DNA from: Polyangiaceae bacterium
GTDB lineage: Bacteria; Myxococcota_A; Polyangia; Polyangiales; Polyangiaceae
Assembly: GCA_965222375.1 (NCBI GenBank)
Contig: CBDCTZ010000016.1
Location: 2,720,001-2,784,000, forward strand
Length of the DNA: 64,000 nt
Direction: 5' to 3'
Shown: piece after piece, positions 20,870-30,228 of the stretch
How the letters are laid out: every line of letters begins with the position of its first letter
How positions within the stretch are numbered: position 1 is the first letter of the stretch
Position numbers and translations under genes: made by a program
The notes under the pieces: model-generated
Told to the model about the DNA's origin: nothing
Database searches by the model: none
What the model saw: the letters and a program-made list of their open reading frames with translations, nothing else

Positions 20870-21598
20870 ATGGATCTACCGAACGTATTCCTCTTCATCG
20901 GAGTCCCCTACATCGCCATGGTGGTGTTCCTAATCGGCACCATACAGCGCTACCGGAACACGGGATTCAAAGTCTCGTCGCTGTCTTCCCAATTCTTGGA
21001 GGGCCGCTCGTTGTTCTGGGGTGTGATTCCGTTCCATATCGGGATCTTGGTTGCCTTCTTCGGGCACCTGATAGCGTTTCTTCTCCCGGAGGGCACCCTG
21101 CTCTGGAACGCCAACCCAGTGCGACTCATTGCGCTCGAAGTCACCGGATTTGCGTTCGGCCTGAGCGTTCTGGTTGGCCTCCTCGCTCTCATGATTCGCC
21201 GCTTGACCAATCCTCGTGTCAAGATGGTCACCACCAAGATGGATGTGGTCTTGGAGTTCTTGCTGCTGGCTCAGACCTGCCTCGGGCTCTACATCGCCTT
21301 CGGACACCGCTGGGGATCAAGCTGGTTCGCCGCGGACCTGTCTCCGTACCTGTGGTCTCTGTTCAAGTTGAGCCCAGAAATCGCCGCCGTGAGCGCGATG
21401 CCCATCGTGATCAAGCTCCACATCATCGGAGCGTTCCTGCTACTCGGGATCTTCCCGTTCACCCGACTGGTGCACATGATGGTTGCGCCGTTGCACTACA
21501 TCACTCGCCCATACCAGCGTGTGATCTGGAACTACAATCGGAACGCAGTTCGCAGTGCCAATTCGCCTTGGACGCACACCCGACCGCGGAACAATTGA
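20870..21598 (+). CDS. narI: Respiratory nitrate reductase gamma subunit (cytochrome b)
   Basis: SSLSSQFLE; FHIGIL..FFGH; KLHI; FPFTRLVH heme b His ligands; 5 TM. Confidence 0.95.
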   Translation: MDLPNVFLFIGVPYIAMVVFLIGTIQRYRNTGFKVSSLSSQFLEGRSLFWGVIPFHIGILVAFFGHLIAFLLPEGTLLWNANPVRLIALEVTGFAFGLSVLVGLLALMIRRLTNPRVKMVTTKMDVVLEFLLLAQTCLGLYIAFGHRWGSSWFAADLSPYLWSLFKLSPEIAAVSAMPIVIKLHIIGAFLLLGIFPFTRLVHMMVAPLHYITRPYQRVIWNYNRNAVRSANSPWTHTRPRNN

Positions 21599-21613
21599 CA
21601 TTGTTGGCGGCAG

Positions 21614-23311
21614 GTGACCACGCTACCCAACTCAACGTCACATAAGACGCTGTTCCTCAACACGCTCGCGTTCACGATCTGCTTCGCGGTGTGGATGGTC
21701 AATGGCGTCTTGGTGACGTTCTTGGCCGCGAACCAGGTCTTTGACTGGGGCCCGGTCGAGGTGGGTTGGCTAATGGGGATCCCGGTCCTCACCGGCGCTC
21801 TCTTTCGCTTGCCCGCTGGGATCCTCACCGACAAGTACGGCGGTAAACCTGTCTTTGGCGCGCTGCTCTTGTTCTGCGCCATCCCGATGTTCCTGCTTTC
21901 ATATGCGAGCAGCTTCTGGCAGTTCGCGTTGTGCAGCTTTGGTTTCGGCATGGCCGGAACCGGCTTTTCCATCGGCATCGCTTACACCGCAGTTTGGTAC
22001 CCCAGGAAGAACCAGGGCTTTGCGCTCGGCGTTTTTGGCGCCGGAAATGCGGGTGCGGCGGTTACGACGCTCATCGCGCCAAGCTTGCTGATCAAGTGGA
22101 CCAGCGGCGGTGAAAACCTCGACGCATGGCGACAACTACCTGTTGCCTACGCGTTGCTGCTGCTCGTCACGGGAGTGGGGTTCCTGCTGCTCTCCACCAA
22201 CAAGCGTCCTGACGTCCCGGACAAGAGTGTCGCCAAGATGCTCGAGCCGCTCAGGAGCGTGCGGGTTTGGCGCTTCGGCCTGTACTACTTCCTGGTCTTC
22301 GGCTGCTTCGTGGCGTTTTCGCAATGGCTCGTGCCCTACTTCGTGAACGTCTACCAGATGAGCCTGGTGACAGCTGGCCTTCTGGCGGCACTGTTCAGCT
22401 TTCCCTCGGGTGTGATTCGCGCCTTGGGTGGCTGGATGAGCGACAAGTTTGGCGCTCGACGAGTGATGTTCGGCGTGCTCTGGGCGTCCTGCTTGATCAG
22501 CCTCGCCTTGACGGTGCCGAGGATGGAGATCTTCTCGCCGGGCAGGGGCATCATGGCAACGGCGCCAGGCACCGTCACGCAAGCTTCGGCCACGGAAGTG
22601 CGAGTTGACGACGAGACCTATGCCCTCACGGAGAAGCCTGGGACCGCATCTAAGCCGGAACGCGATCTCGTCGTCTTTCCCACTAAAGAGATGTGGCAGG
22701 AACCCGTGGTCAAGGTTGGGGACACTGTCGAAAAGAAGCAGCTGCTTGCCCGAGGCGTGACCCGCATCTTCTTCCAGGCCAACGTTTGGATCTTTGCTGT
22801 ACTGGCGATCGCCCTTGGGTCGATCTGGGGCATCGGGAAAGCCGGCGTCTACAAGTACATCCCGGACTACTTCCCGAATCAAGTTGGCGTGGTCGGAGGC
22901 ATGGTCGGTGTGCTTGGGGGATTGGGAGGCTTCTTCTGCCCGATCCTCTTCGGCTACCTCCTCGAGGGCACCGGGCTCTGGACGAGCTGCTGGATGTTGA
23001 TGTTCGCCATCTCGTTGGTATGCCTGGTCTGGCTGCAACGGGTGACGGCACGCATCACCGCCAAGGCTGCGCCGCATGTTGCCAATGACTTCGAGGAACA
23101 CGCTGGCGGCTCACCTCACGAGGATGTCACTCTGCGCTGCCCGCATGCCGACAGCGTTTCGGCACTCGTGAAACTGCGAATGCGCAAAGGCGACCCCGCC
23201 GTTTTCGAGGTGGCGGAATGCTCCCATTGGAAGGACGGCCGCGCGCCGCAAGGTTGCGAATTTGGATGCGGTACGACCCAAGGCGCCCAGGTTGGGTTTG
23301 CCAAGGCCTGA
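21614..23311 (+). CDS. narK: NarK1-type nitrate transporter with inserted soluble domain and Cys-rich C-terminal tail
   Basis: NTLAFTICFAVW; GVFGAGNAG; YFLVFGCFVA; GVVGGMVGVLGGLGGF. Confidence 0.88.
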   Translation: MTTLPNSTSHKTLFLNTLAFTICFAVWMVNGVLVTFLAANQVFDWGPVEVGWLMGIPVLTGALFRLPAGILTDKYGGKPVFGALLLFCAIPMFLLSYASSFWQFALCSFGFGMAGTGFSIGIAYTAVWYPRKNQGFALGVFGAGNAGAAVTTLIAPSLLIKWTSGGENLDAWRQLPVAYALLLLVTGVGFLLLSTNKRPDVPDKSVAKMLEPLRSVRVWRFGLYYFLVFGCFVAFSQWLVPYFVNVYQMSLVTAGLLAALFSFPSGVIRALGGWMSDKFGARRVMFGVLWASCLISLALTVPRMEIFSPGRGIMATAPGTVTQASATEVRVDDETYALTEKPGTASKPERDLVVFPTKEMWQEPVVKVGDTVEKKQLLARGVTRIFFQANVWIFAVLAIALGSIWGIGKAGVYKYIPDYFPNQVGVVGGMVGVLGGLGGFFCPILFGYLLEGTGLWTSCWMLMFAISLVCLVWLQRVTARITAKAAPHVANDFEEHAGGSPHEDVTLRCPHADSVSALVKLRMRKGDPAVFEVAECSHWKDGRAPQGCEFGCGTTQGAQVGFAKA

Positions 23312-23359
23312 CTAAACTTACGAAATGAAGCTTTCTGAGGCCGACGACGGAGATGAACC

Positions 23360-24964
23360 ATGTCAGCGAATATCGAGAAGTGGGATGTCGAGGACGAGAA
23401 GTTTTGGGAGAGCACGGGCAAGCGCATAGCGACTCGTAACCTGTGGATCTCGATCCCAAGCCTGCTGTGTGGATTCGCAGTTTGGCTCTACTGGGGAATC
23501 ATCACAGTACAGATGCTCAACCTGGGGTTCCCGTTTTCCCAGGCTCAACTGTTCACCCTGATGAGCATCGCTGGACTCAGCGGCGCCACGCTGCGAATTC
23601 CCAGCACTTTCTTCATCCGGATCGCAGGTGGGCGAAACACGATCTTCCTCACGACAGCGCTCTTGATGATCCCCGCGGCCGGCACCGGTATCGCCCTGCG
23701 GGATCCAAACACACCGCTTTGGGTGTACCAAATACTGGCACTCCTTTCGGGATTCGGTGGCGGAAACTTCGCGTCATCCATGTCCAACATCAGCTTCTTC
23801 TTTCCGAAGAAGGTGCAAGGCACCTCCCTGGGGTTGAACGCGGGCTTGGGCAATTTCGGCGTAACCACGATGCAAGTCTTGGTTCCGCTGGTGATGACGG
23901 CCGGCGTTTTCGGCGGCGCGCCGTTGGTTTTGAAGAGTTCGAGCGGTACTCTGATCGGCAAGATCCCCGCCGGCACTGAGACCTACATTCACAACGCCGG
24001 CTTCGTTTGGTTGGTGCTCCTCGTCCCACTGGCTTTTGCAGGCTGGTTCGGGATGAACAACATCAAGACCCCGACCGTCACCCCGAAGCCGGGCAACCCG
24101 CCGGCAGCCTTCGTCAAGATTCTCGGGCTCTTGATGATCGGTCTGGTCATGGCTGCCGCTGGTCTGTACATCATGCTGCCCAAACCGACAGGACTTGGGC
24201 TGTTGAGCAAGTGGCTCGTCCTTCCCGCAGTCATCGCCGGGGTCGTTCTGGCCATGCGCTACCTGACGACCGGGCCGCTGCAAGAGAACCTCAAGCGGCA
24301 ATACAAAATCTTCAACGACAAACACACCTGGGCCATGACCGTCATCTACACGATGACCTTCGGCTCCTTCATCGGCTATTCTGCTGCCTTCGCCTTGTCG
24401 ATCAAGGTCATTTTTGGGTTCAAGCACGTCATGGTTGACGGAACGCTGACGCATGACATCGCGAACCCGAACGGCCCGAGTGCTCTGATGTACGCTTGGA
24501 TGGGACCGTTCATTGGTGCCCTGATTCGACCCGTGGGAGGGAAGATCTCCGACAAGCTCGGTGGTGCCCGCGTGACCCATTGGGTGAGCGCCGTGATGAT
24601 TGGTGCCGCTTTGGGCGTCGCCTACTTCATGAACAAGGCCTATCAGTCCGAAACGCCGGAGCAGTTCTTCTGGCCCTTCTTCGGCTTGTTCATCTTGCTC
24701 TTCACCGCCACGGGAGTGGGCAACGGCTCGACGTTTCGCACCATTGCCATGGTTTTCAACGAGGAACAGGCCGGCCCCGTGCTGGGATGGACATCTGCGG
24801 TCGCGGCCTATGGTGCCTTCATCATCCCCAAGGTCTTTGGTGAGCAAATCAAGGCAACCACGCCGCAGTACGCCTTGTACGGCTTCGCGGTCTTCTACGC
24901 CATCTGCCTGGCGCTCAATTGGTGGTTCTACTTGCGACCAAACGCCTACGTGAAGAACCCTTGA
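23360..24964 (+). CDS. narK: NarK2-type nitrate/nitrite antiporter
   Basis: WDVEDEKFWE..GKRIATRNLWISIP; GGGNFASSMSNISFFFPK; TFGSFIGYS; GVGNGSTF. Confidence 0.92.
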   Translation: MSANIEKWDVEDEKFWESTGKRIATRNLWISIPSLLCGFAVWLYWGIITVQMLNLGFPFSQAQLFTLMSIAGLSGATLRIPSTFFIRIAGGRNTIFLTTALLMIPAAGTGIALRDPNTPLWVYQILALLSGFGGGNFASSMSNISFFFPKKVQGTSLGLNAGLGNFGVTTMQVLVPLVMTAGVFGGAPLVLKSSSGTLIGKIPAGTETYIHNAGFVWLVLLVPLAFAGWFGMNNIKTPTVTPKPGNPPAAFVKILGLLMIGLVMAAAGLYIMLPKPTGLGLLSKWLVLPAVIAGVVLAMRYLTTGPLQENLKRQYKIFNDKHTWAMTVIYTMTFGSFIGYSAAFALSIKVIFGFKHVMVDGTLTHDIANPNGPSALMYAWMGPFIGALIRPVGGKISDKLGGARVTHWVSAVMIGAALGVAYFMNKAYQSETPEQFFWPFFGLFILLFTATGVGNGSTFRTIAMVFNEEQAGPVLGWTSAVAAYGAFIIPKVFGEQIKATTPQYALYGFAVFYAICLALNWWFYLRPNAYVKNP

Positions 24965-24985
24965 CCTGCAGCGGGCTGCGCGGCT

Positions 24986-27085
24986 TCAGGAGAGCTCTTC
25001 GGTGAGCCGGCGCTGATACTCGACCTGTAGCTCCCGGGCCTCCGAGGGCCGCCCCAACGCATGCAAGAGATCACACAACGTCGTGAGAACGTCCTCTCGA
25101 TAGGGTGCGATGCGGAGTGCCCGACGAAGGCTCGTGACCGCGTCTTCGCCCGCCCCTCGCCGAGCGTGCATCTGGGAAAGACGCTCCAATACGCGCAGAT
25201 GAAGTTCCGAAAGCTCTCGGCGCTCTTCCTCGCACCATTCGGCGTAGGGGTCGTCCTCGAACAAGCCTCCGCCGTACAGATCTACGGCGGCTTCCAGGGA
25301 TTCGAGCGCCTCATCTTCCGCGCCAGCGCCTGCACGTAGGCCCTTGTTGGCCAACGCCCTGAAACTGACAACGTCGACTTCTACGGGCGCGTCGAGATCC
25401 AGATAGTACAGCTCGCCGCGGTTCTTCACGTAGATCCACTCACGCTCGGTTCTGAGCGGCTCAATCACGGAACGCAGTGCGTGCACGACCCCATGTAGGC
25501 GATTCGCACCGCTCTTTGCGTCCGCGTCGGGCCAGAATTGGTCGATGAGATAGTCGCGGGTCTGAGGCGTTCCCGCTTTGAGCGCTAGCAGCTTCAGGAG
25601 AGCCAGAGACTTGCTTCTGGGAAACGCCTCGGCGGCGATCGCGCGGCCACCCTGCAGCACCGTAAACGGGCCCAAGCACCTGAGGGTCAATCCGATCTGT
25701 CGCGCCGAGGGTGCGCTGTCAGCGCTAGCGGAAGTGATAATGTCGACCTTCATGCCCGTGTGGTGCGCCTCGATTCTCAGCGCGACCTGATGCGCCATTG
25801 CCAGCAGTGGCACTAGAGGCGCAGTCTCCTCTTGAGCGAAATTTGAGCCGAGATCCAACGTGATGAGGCCGTGGAAGCGCCCGTGTGCACTGATCGGCAA
25901 GCAGCACGGGCTGTCCATGCGCTTTGGCAAGCCGCGTCGGCAGGGAACAGGCCAGGCGCGCCGTCCTTTTCCGGCAGCTACCGCGTGTCCGTCAAGCAGA
26001 GAGGGACAGCTCCGCCATGCGCCGGCCTCCGCGTGCGCGCACAACAGCCCCCCGGGCCCCGTGGAGATGACCTGGGCTGGCAGACCGGTGTCGGGATCGA
26101 CGAGCGCCAGAGTCCCATGCGTGGAGCGTGCGAAACGAGTGACGGCGAGCAAGAGCGCGCGCAGCAGCTGGGATGAGACACCTTCCTCCGGCGACCCCGT
26201 GTCGTGGACCTTTTCACGCAGCGAAGCCAGTCCCGCCCGGATTGCACTCGCGATTGGCGTCGCCGCACGTTGCAGCAGTTCGACCGCCGCCTCTGCAGGG
26301 AAGTCTGGATCCCGAGAGAGCAGGTGGATGGAGCCCAACGGACCCTGTGGCGCCAGAAGGGGAGCGCAGGCATAGGAGGAAATGCCCGTACGCTGAACGC
26401 TGGGGCGCAAATAGCGCTCATCGCTCCCGATGTCGCGCCTCACCAGCGTCTCGCCGGTGGCCGCCACGATGCCGGGGTAGCCAAGGGCGCCCTCGAAGCG
26501 TGTCCGAGAGGTGAGTGCTTCGCCATCGGGCCCCGCCCAGACGGCGAGCAAGGAGTCACCGCCGCCCGGCTCCCGCAAAAAGAGTTCACAATCGTCTGCA
26601 CCCGTCGCGTTCAGGAGAGCGTTCAAGGCGCGCCTGAGGCTGGGTAGGAGGTCATCGGGTGAAACCAGGGTCGTGACCTCCGACACGATCGCAGAGGTGT
26701 CGAACCGCGGACTGTCCTGCGCGGCGCGAATGTTGCGACTCACGCTCTCGATCAAATCTTGGTTGTCGAAGGGCTTGGTGATGTAGTCAGCCGCGCCACG
26801 CTTCATCGCGTTGACTGCCGCATCGATGCTGCCGTGGGCTGTTATCACGATGACTCTCGTGCGCGGCCAGCGCTCCATCACCACCTGCAGTAGCTCCATG
26901 CCGTCCATCTTTGGCATGCGCACGTCCGTTAGCAGCAGGTCACAGCCGGCGTGCTCCAACTCTTTGATGGCGTTGTGCGCCGAGTATGCGACGCTCACGG
27001 CAAACGACTCTTCTGCGAGCAGCATTGCGATGCCGTCCGCAAGATCGCGGTTGTCGTCAACTACCAAGACGCGCGGATCGCTCAT
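24986..27085 (-). CDS. Response regulator REC-GAF-(Cys-rich GAF-like)-wHTH-BTAD (SARP/AfsR-like output)
   Basis: VLVVDD..TDVRMP..ITKPF receiver; GAF (GYPGIVAATGETL..DERYLR); LRCLGPF..LLKLL..FWPD..LHGVVHALR wHTH; VDLYGGGLFEDDPYAEW..ER BTAD. Confidence 0.85.
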   Translation of the reverse strand: MSDPRVLVVDDNRDLADGIAMLLAEESFAVSVAYSAHNAIKELEHAGCDLLLTDVRMPKMDGMELLQVVMERWPRTRVIVITAHGSIDAAVNAMKRGAADYITKPFDNQDLIESVSRNIRAAQDSPRFDTSAIVSEVTTLVSPDDLLPSLRRALNALLNATGADDCELFLREPGGGDSLLAVWAGPDGEALTSRTRFEGALGYPGIVAATGETLVRRDIGSDERYLRPSVQRTGISSYACAPLLAPQGPLGSIHLLSRDPDFPAEAAVELLQRAATPIASAIRAGLASLREKVHDTGSPEEGVSSQLLRALLLAVTRFARSTHGTLALVDPDTGLPAQVISTGPGGLLCAHAEAGAWRSCPSLLDGHAVAAGKGRRAWPVPCRRGLPKRMDSPCCLPISAHGRFHGLITLDLGSNFAQEETAPLVPLLAMAHQVALRIEAHHTGMKVDIITSASADSAPSARQIGLTLRCLGPFTVLQGGRAIAAEAFPRSKSLALLKLLALKAGTPQTRDYLIDQFWPDADAKSGANRLHGVVHALRSVIEPLRTEREWIYVKNRGELYYLDLDAPVEVDVVSFRALANKGLRAGAGAEDEALESLEAAVDLYGGGLFEDDPYAEWCEEERRELSELHLRVLERLSQMHARRGAGEDAVTSLRRALRIAPYREDVLTTLCDLLHALGRPSEARELQVEYQRRLTEELS

Positions 27086-28833
27086 GTTTCGTCGTCAGCC
27101 GTTTCACTCGGGGTATCAGTGTCGTGTGACGCCGGCAAGAGGATGCGAAACGTGGTCCCACCACCGGAAGCGCTTCGAACCGACATGCGTCCAGCATGAC
27201 TTTTCACGATATTGTCTGCAACCGAGAGACCGAGGCCGGTACCGCTATCTTTGGTTGTAAAAAACGGCTGAAAAACCCGATCAAGATGTTCCGGCGCGAT
27301 CCCGGGTCCGTCGTCCGATACCTCCACGACGTGAGCAGCCACCCTGCCGTCTTGCGCTTCGTAGGCGCTGATCTGGACCTTGCCGCCGCTGGGAGTTGCC
27401 TCCACCGCGTTGAGTGCAAGGTTGAGCAACGCTTGGCGGATTTCTTCCGGGTCGCATCGAGTCCAGATTGGAATACTTTGGGCGCGGGCATCTCCCTCCA
27501 GAACAACGCCAGCCTTGACTGCAAGAGGGCGAACCGAATCGAGAATCTCTCCGCAAAGCAAGCGTAGGTTGATGCGTTGACGTGTTGGTTTTCTCGGACG
27601 CGCCAACTCCAGGAGCTGCTCGGTGATCTTTCTGCAACTGTCGGCATTGCGCTTGATCACCTCCAGGTTCTTGTAGACCGGGCTGTCTGGGTCGAGTTTC
27701 GCTAGTGCGTGCTGGCTGTACAGCGACACAACACCAATCGGGTTGTTGATCTCGTGCGCGACCGACGCGGCGAGCTTTCCGACGACGCTCATTCGCTCTT
27801 CGTGCATGAGGCGCTTGTCCAGTGCCGCTCGCTCGTTCACGTCGCGCATGACCGCTACCAGGCCGATGACCTCGCCGCGGGGCGTGCGCACGGTGGAGAA
27901 CGTGGGCTCGAAGAGTTGGTCGCCCACCTCTATCACGGCCTCTGTGCGTGCATGCGTCTGTTCTTCCAAGGCCTCGAAACGTGTCGCGAGGCTTTGTTTG
28001 GACAGCACGTCTTGTTTCGGCCCCCCGGCTATGTTGCGCAGAATATCCCGCGCGCGTTGATTGCTCAGCTGCACGCTGCCGTATCGGTCGGTGAACAGAA
28101 CTGCGTCTGCCATTCCGTTCACGATTGCGTGGAGCCGAACGCGCTCGATCTCGGTCTGCTGTTGGCTCTCCCCGAGGAGTTCCTTTTCACGAGATAGCAC
28201 CTCGTAGTTCTCGGCAAGCCGGAGACGACTCTCATGCAATCGGTTGGTGAGAAAGCGGGCGAAACCCGACGCCGCCGTGAGGGTCAACACCAGCCCGGAC
28301 AGCACTCCCAGGGATTGGACCGTGATGCTGTTCGAGTCACATGCGGTGCCGTCCCCCTCCAGGCAATAATGGTCGAGCAACCCGGTTCCCTCGCCGAGCA
28401 CGATTCCCGCAACAAGGATGACCGCTAACACCAGGATGGCCGTCGCAGCCCGTGGTCGCAAAGCGATGTTTGCGTTGACCACGTGCAGCACGAAAAGGGG
28501 CAGAAACGGATTTTCGACGCCGCCCGAAAAGTGCACCAGCATCGCTAATGCCGTGCAATCCACGACGATCTGAGACGCCGGATGCCGAAAGCCACTGCGA
28601 CCGTTGCCTCGGCTCACGCTGAGCGCGAGGTTGTACGCAAACAGGGCCCCGGCAACGCCCCAGAGTCGCGGCGATGAGTCCGGAGGCAACTGACCGAAGA
28701 CCCACTCCGATGCCGCTATGGCCGTCGCAACGCCCGCGAGCGCAACCCACCGGAGTCGCACCAGCCAGGCAACGAACTCAGCCGGAGCCTCCCGCGTATT
28801 ATCGCGAGCGTCGACGGAAACCCTCGAGGCCAC
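27082..28833 (-). CDS. Membrane sensor histidine kinase with PAS domain
   Basis: N-terminal TM helices; PAS; VAHEINNP H-box; NLALNAVEA; DDGPGI; FFTTK; GTGLGL; 4 bp overlap with the regulator. Confidence 0.92.
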   Translation of the reverse strand: MASRVSVDARDNTREAPAEFVAWLVRLRWVALAGVATAIAASEWVFGQLPPDSSPRLWGVAGALFAYNLALSVSRGNGRSGFRHPASQIVVDCTALAMLVHFSGGVENPFLPLFVLHVVNANIALRPRAATAILVLAVILVAGIVLGEGTGLLDHYCLEGDGTACDSNSITVQSLGVLSGLVLTLTAASGFARFLTNRLHESRLRLAENYEVLSREKELLGESQQQTEIERVRLHAIVNGMADAVLFTDRYGSVQLSNQRARDILRNIAGGPKQDVLSKQSLATRFEALEEQTHARTEAVIEVGDQLFEPTFSTVRTPRGEVIGLVAVMRDVNERAALDKRLMHEERMSVVGKLAASVAHEINNPIGVVSLYSQHALAKLDPDSPVYKNLEVIKRNADSCRKITEQLLELARPRKPTRQRINLRLLCGEILDSVRPLAVKAGVVLEGDARAQSIPIWTRCDPEEIRQALLNLALNAVEATPSGGKVQISAYEAQDGRVAAHVVEVSDDGPGIAPEHLDRVFQPFFTTKDSGTGLGLSVADNIVKSHAGRMSVRSASGGGTTFRILLPASHDTDTPSETADDET

Positions 28834-28851
28834 GGTCCAACCAGCGACTAC

Positions 28852-29235
28852 CTATTCAAGGCGATCGAGTAGTGCCTCGAGTACGACGGGCATGAGGTCA
28901 GCGCGACTGATCAATCCAACGAGCTTGCCCTCTTCGTGCACGAGGATTCGGCGGAAACTATTGGTCATCAGGAGGTCGAAGACTTCCACTAGCTCCGCAT
29001 CCACCGCGACAGATTCCGGATTCTTCGTCATCAGCGCATCGACGGTTTTGGCGTTCTCGTAGAATGCCTGCAGCAGGTCCTTCTCAGACAGAACGCCTTG
29101 GATGGTTCCAGCCCCGTCCACCACGGGAAGGCCGGTGATGTCGCGCTCGATGAGCAGGCGGACTGCGTCGCGCAGCGGCGTTTTTGGCTGAACCGTGACG
29201 ATTTCCGTTGTCATTATCGATCGAATGCTCGACAT
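28852..29235 (-). CDS. CBS domain pair protein
   Basis: IMT..VTV..LPVVD..GVLSEKDLL and LMT..GLISRADL. Confidence 0.9.
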   Translation of the reverse strand: MSSIRSIMTTEIVTVQPKTPLRDAVRLLIERDITGLPVVDGAGTIQGVLSEKDLLQAFYENAKTVDALMTKNPESVAVDAELVEVFDLLMTNSFRRILVHEEGKLVGLISRADLMPVVLEALLDRLE

Positions 29236-29355
29236 CTGTCCGCCCCACTGCCGCTGACCAAAACGCGACTATCGAGACGTTGACACGTTTGTCGTGGTGA
29301 CGGCAATCGGCACGCGGGATTCGGCGCCTCGGCTGCTTTTCGGCTGCGTGGGAGC

Positions 29356-30000
29356 TCACATGCGGTCGAACTCCGAAGCAGTGATGAGTTTGTGGGCCAG
29401 GGAAAACACGACGTTGTCCTCGCGGAAGATGTGCAACCGCAGCACCTCCGCCAACTCCATGCCTTGCTGCAAGGCAGTGTCGAATACGACCGTTCGCGAC
29501 TTCGCGTCAGGAAGACGACTAGCGAGGGCGAACAAGTTGAAGGTGATGGCAGCCAGCTGAAGGATCTGGTCGTGCTCGTCCTCGAGTAGGTCCACGGCTG
29601 TCGTGCGCAGATGGCCCTTGCTGTGCTCGCCACTTTCGATGAGGCGCTGCGCAAGCAAGGGGAACAAGACCTTCTCCTCGCGCCGATTGTGGGGAAAGAC
29701 CTCCTCGTCCAACTGCCGGAAGAACTCGCGAACGGTCGCGTCGGTCTCACGGTCGACTCCGGTGGAGGCCATTGTGTCCAGCGCGCTCCGAAACTCCGCC
29801 AGGACCTTTCCGAATGAGTCGTGCTCATCGCGGAACGCCTGCATCACCGGATGCATCTCGTCGTAGGGTATGGCCAGACCGTCGCCCGGAGGCGCATAAG
29901 CATCGGGGGGTGCCATGGGTGACAGCCCCTCATCATCGGACCCCTTGTCCGCGTCCTTTTTGATCGGGTCATCCTTCTTGCGCAACTTTACTAGGCTCAT
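29356..30000 (-). CDS. Hemerythrin-like (HHE cation-binding) protein
   Basis: DEH, HNRREEKVLFP, EDEH and HIFREDNVVF motifs. Confidence 0.85.
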   Translation of the reverse strand: MSLVKLRKKDDPIKKDADKGSDDEGLSPMAPPDAYAPPGDGLAIPYDEMHPVMQAFRDEHDSFGKVLAEFRSALDTMASTGVDRETDATVREFFRQLDEEVFPHNRREEKVLFPLLAQRLIESGEHSKGHLRTTAVDLLEDEHDQILQLAAITFNLFALASRLPDAKSRTVVFDTALQQGMELAEVLRLHIFREDNVVFSLAHKLITASEFDRM

Positions 30001-30228
30001 TCTGTCTCTTTCGCCTCTCGATGACGGGGCTGCAGCCAACCCTCGCTCAGCTCAGCCTGCCGGGTGGCAGTCAGGCACGGACCGGACGGCAATAGCACGG
30101 TTCCTTGCTCCACCGTCGTCGAGGTGGGGTTTTGTGGTCCGGATCACGAGGCTCGCGAACGGTGGGGCAGCTGCCAACCCGCTCGTCCGCGATCTTGCGT
30201 CGCCGGGGTTACGGGATAGCCTCCTGCC

